Positions 63,651 through 64,000 of a stretch of DNA of 64,000 nt are shown here, piece after piece. The first letter of the stretch is position 1. Each line of letters begins with the position of its first letter. Made by a program: the position numbers and the translations under genes. The notes under the pieces are model-generated. The model was given only the letters and a program-made list of their open reading frames with translations. It ran no database searches and was not told where the DNA came from. Source of the DNA: the human T2T-CHM13v2.0 reference genome, Homo sapiens; assembly GCA_009914755.4 (NCBI GenBank), contig CP086569.2, positions 576,001 to 640,000 on the forward strand, written 5' to 3'.

Positions 63651-64000
<350 letters not shown>

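Overview
This window is primate, almost certainly human, nuclear DNA. It is not a prokaryotic or phage locus. More than 45 Alu copies, L1 ORF2 and 3'-end fragments, and ERVL-MaLR LTRs of the THE1, MST and MLT1 type show this directly. Several Alus are young AluY-like copies with intact target-site duplications. The composition is that of a repeat-dense, probably subtelomeric or otherwise highly recombinogenic, gene-poor interval.

The dominant content is tandem DNA. There are at least seven distinct minisatellite (VNTR) arrays, several with higher-order structure: a 42-bp unit of about 98 copies, a 104-bp unit, a 27-bp unit of about 87 copies, a 50-bp unit of about 53 copies grown out of an MST LTR, an 89-bp unit, a 141-bp CA-rich unit and an AT-rich palindromic array with a period of about 62 bp. 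Compound (GATA)n arrays occur five times, two of them as a roughly 0.8 kb / 2.6 kb inverted pair. There are also kilobase-scale polypurine or polypyrimidine tracts of (GAAA)n, (TTTC)n, (GGAA)n and (CCT)n type.

Nearly every long ORF in the six-frame track lies inside these arrays. These ORFs are an artefact of units whose length is a multiple of 3 (42 = 14 codons, 27 = 9 codons) or of stop-free low-complexity sequence. None is a credible gene. I see no rRNA, tRNA, CRISPR array, operon or defence system. The only protein-coding evidence is decayed L1 ORF2 remnants and one weak candidate promoter-plus-first-exon at about 7300-7500.

Between the repeats lie several unique blocks that retain unusually many CpGs and carry dense TAAT/ATTA homeodomain-type motifs. 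This is the signature of conserved non-coding regulatory elements in the landscape of a developmental gene. Coordinates of repeat boundaries are by eye and approximate to about 10-20 bp.
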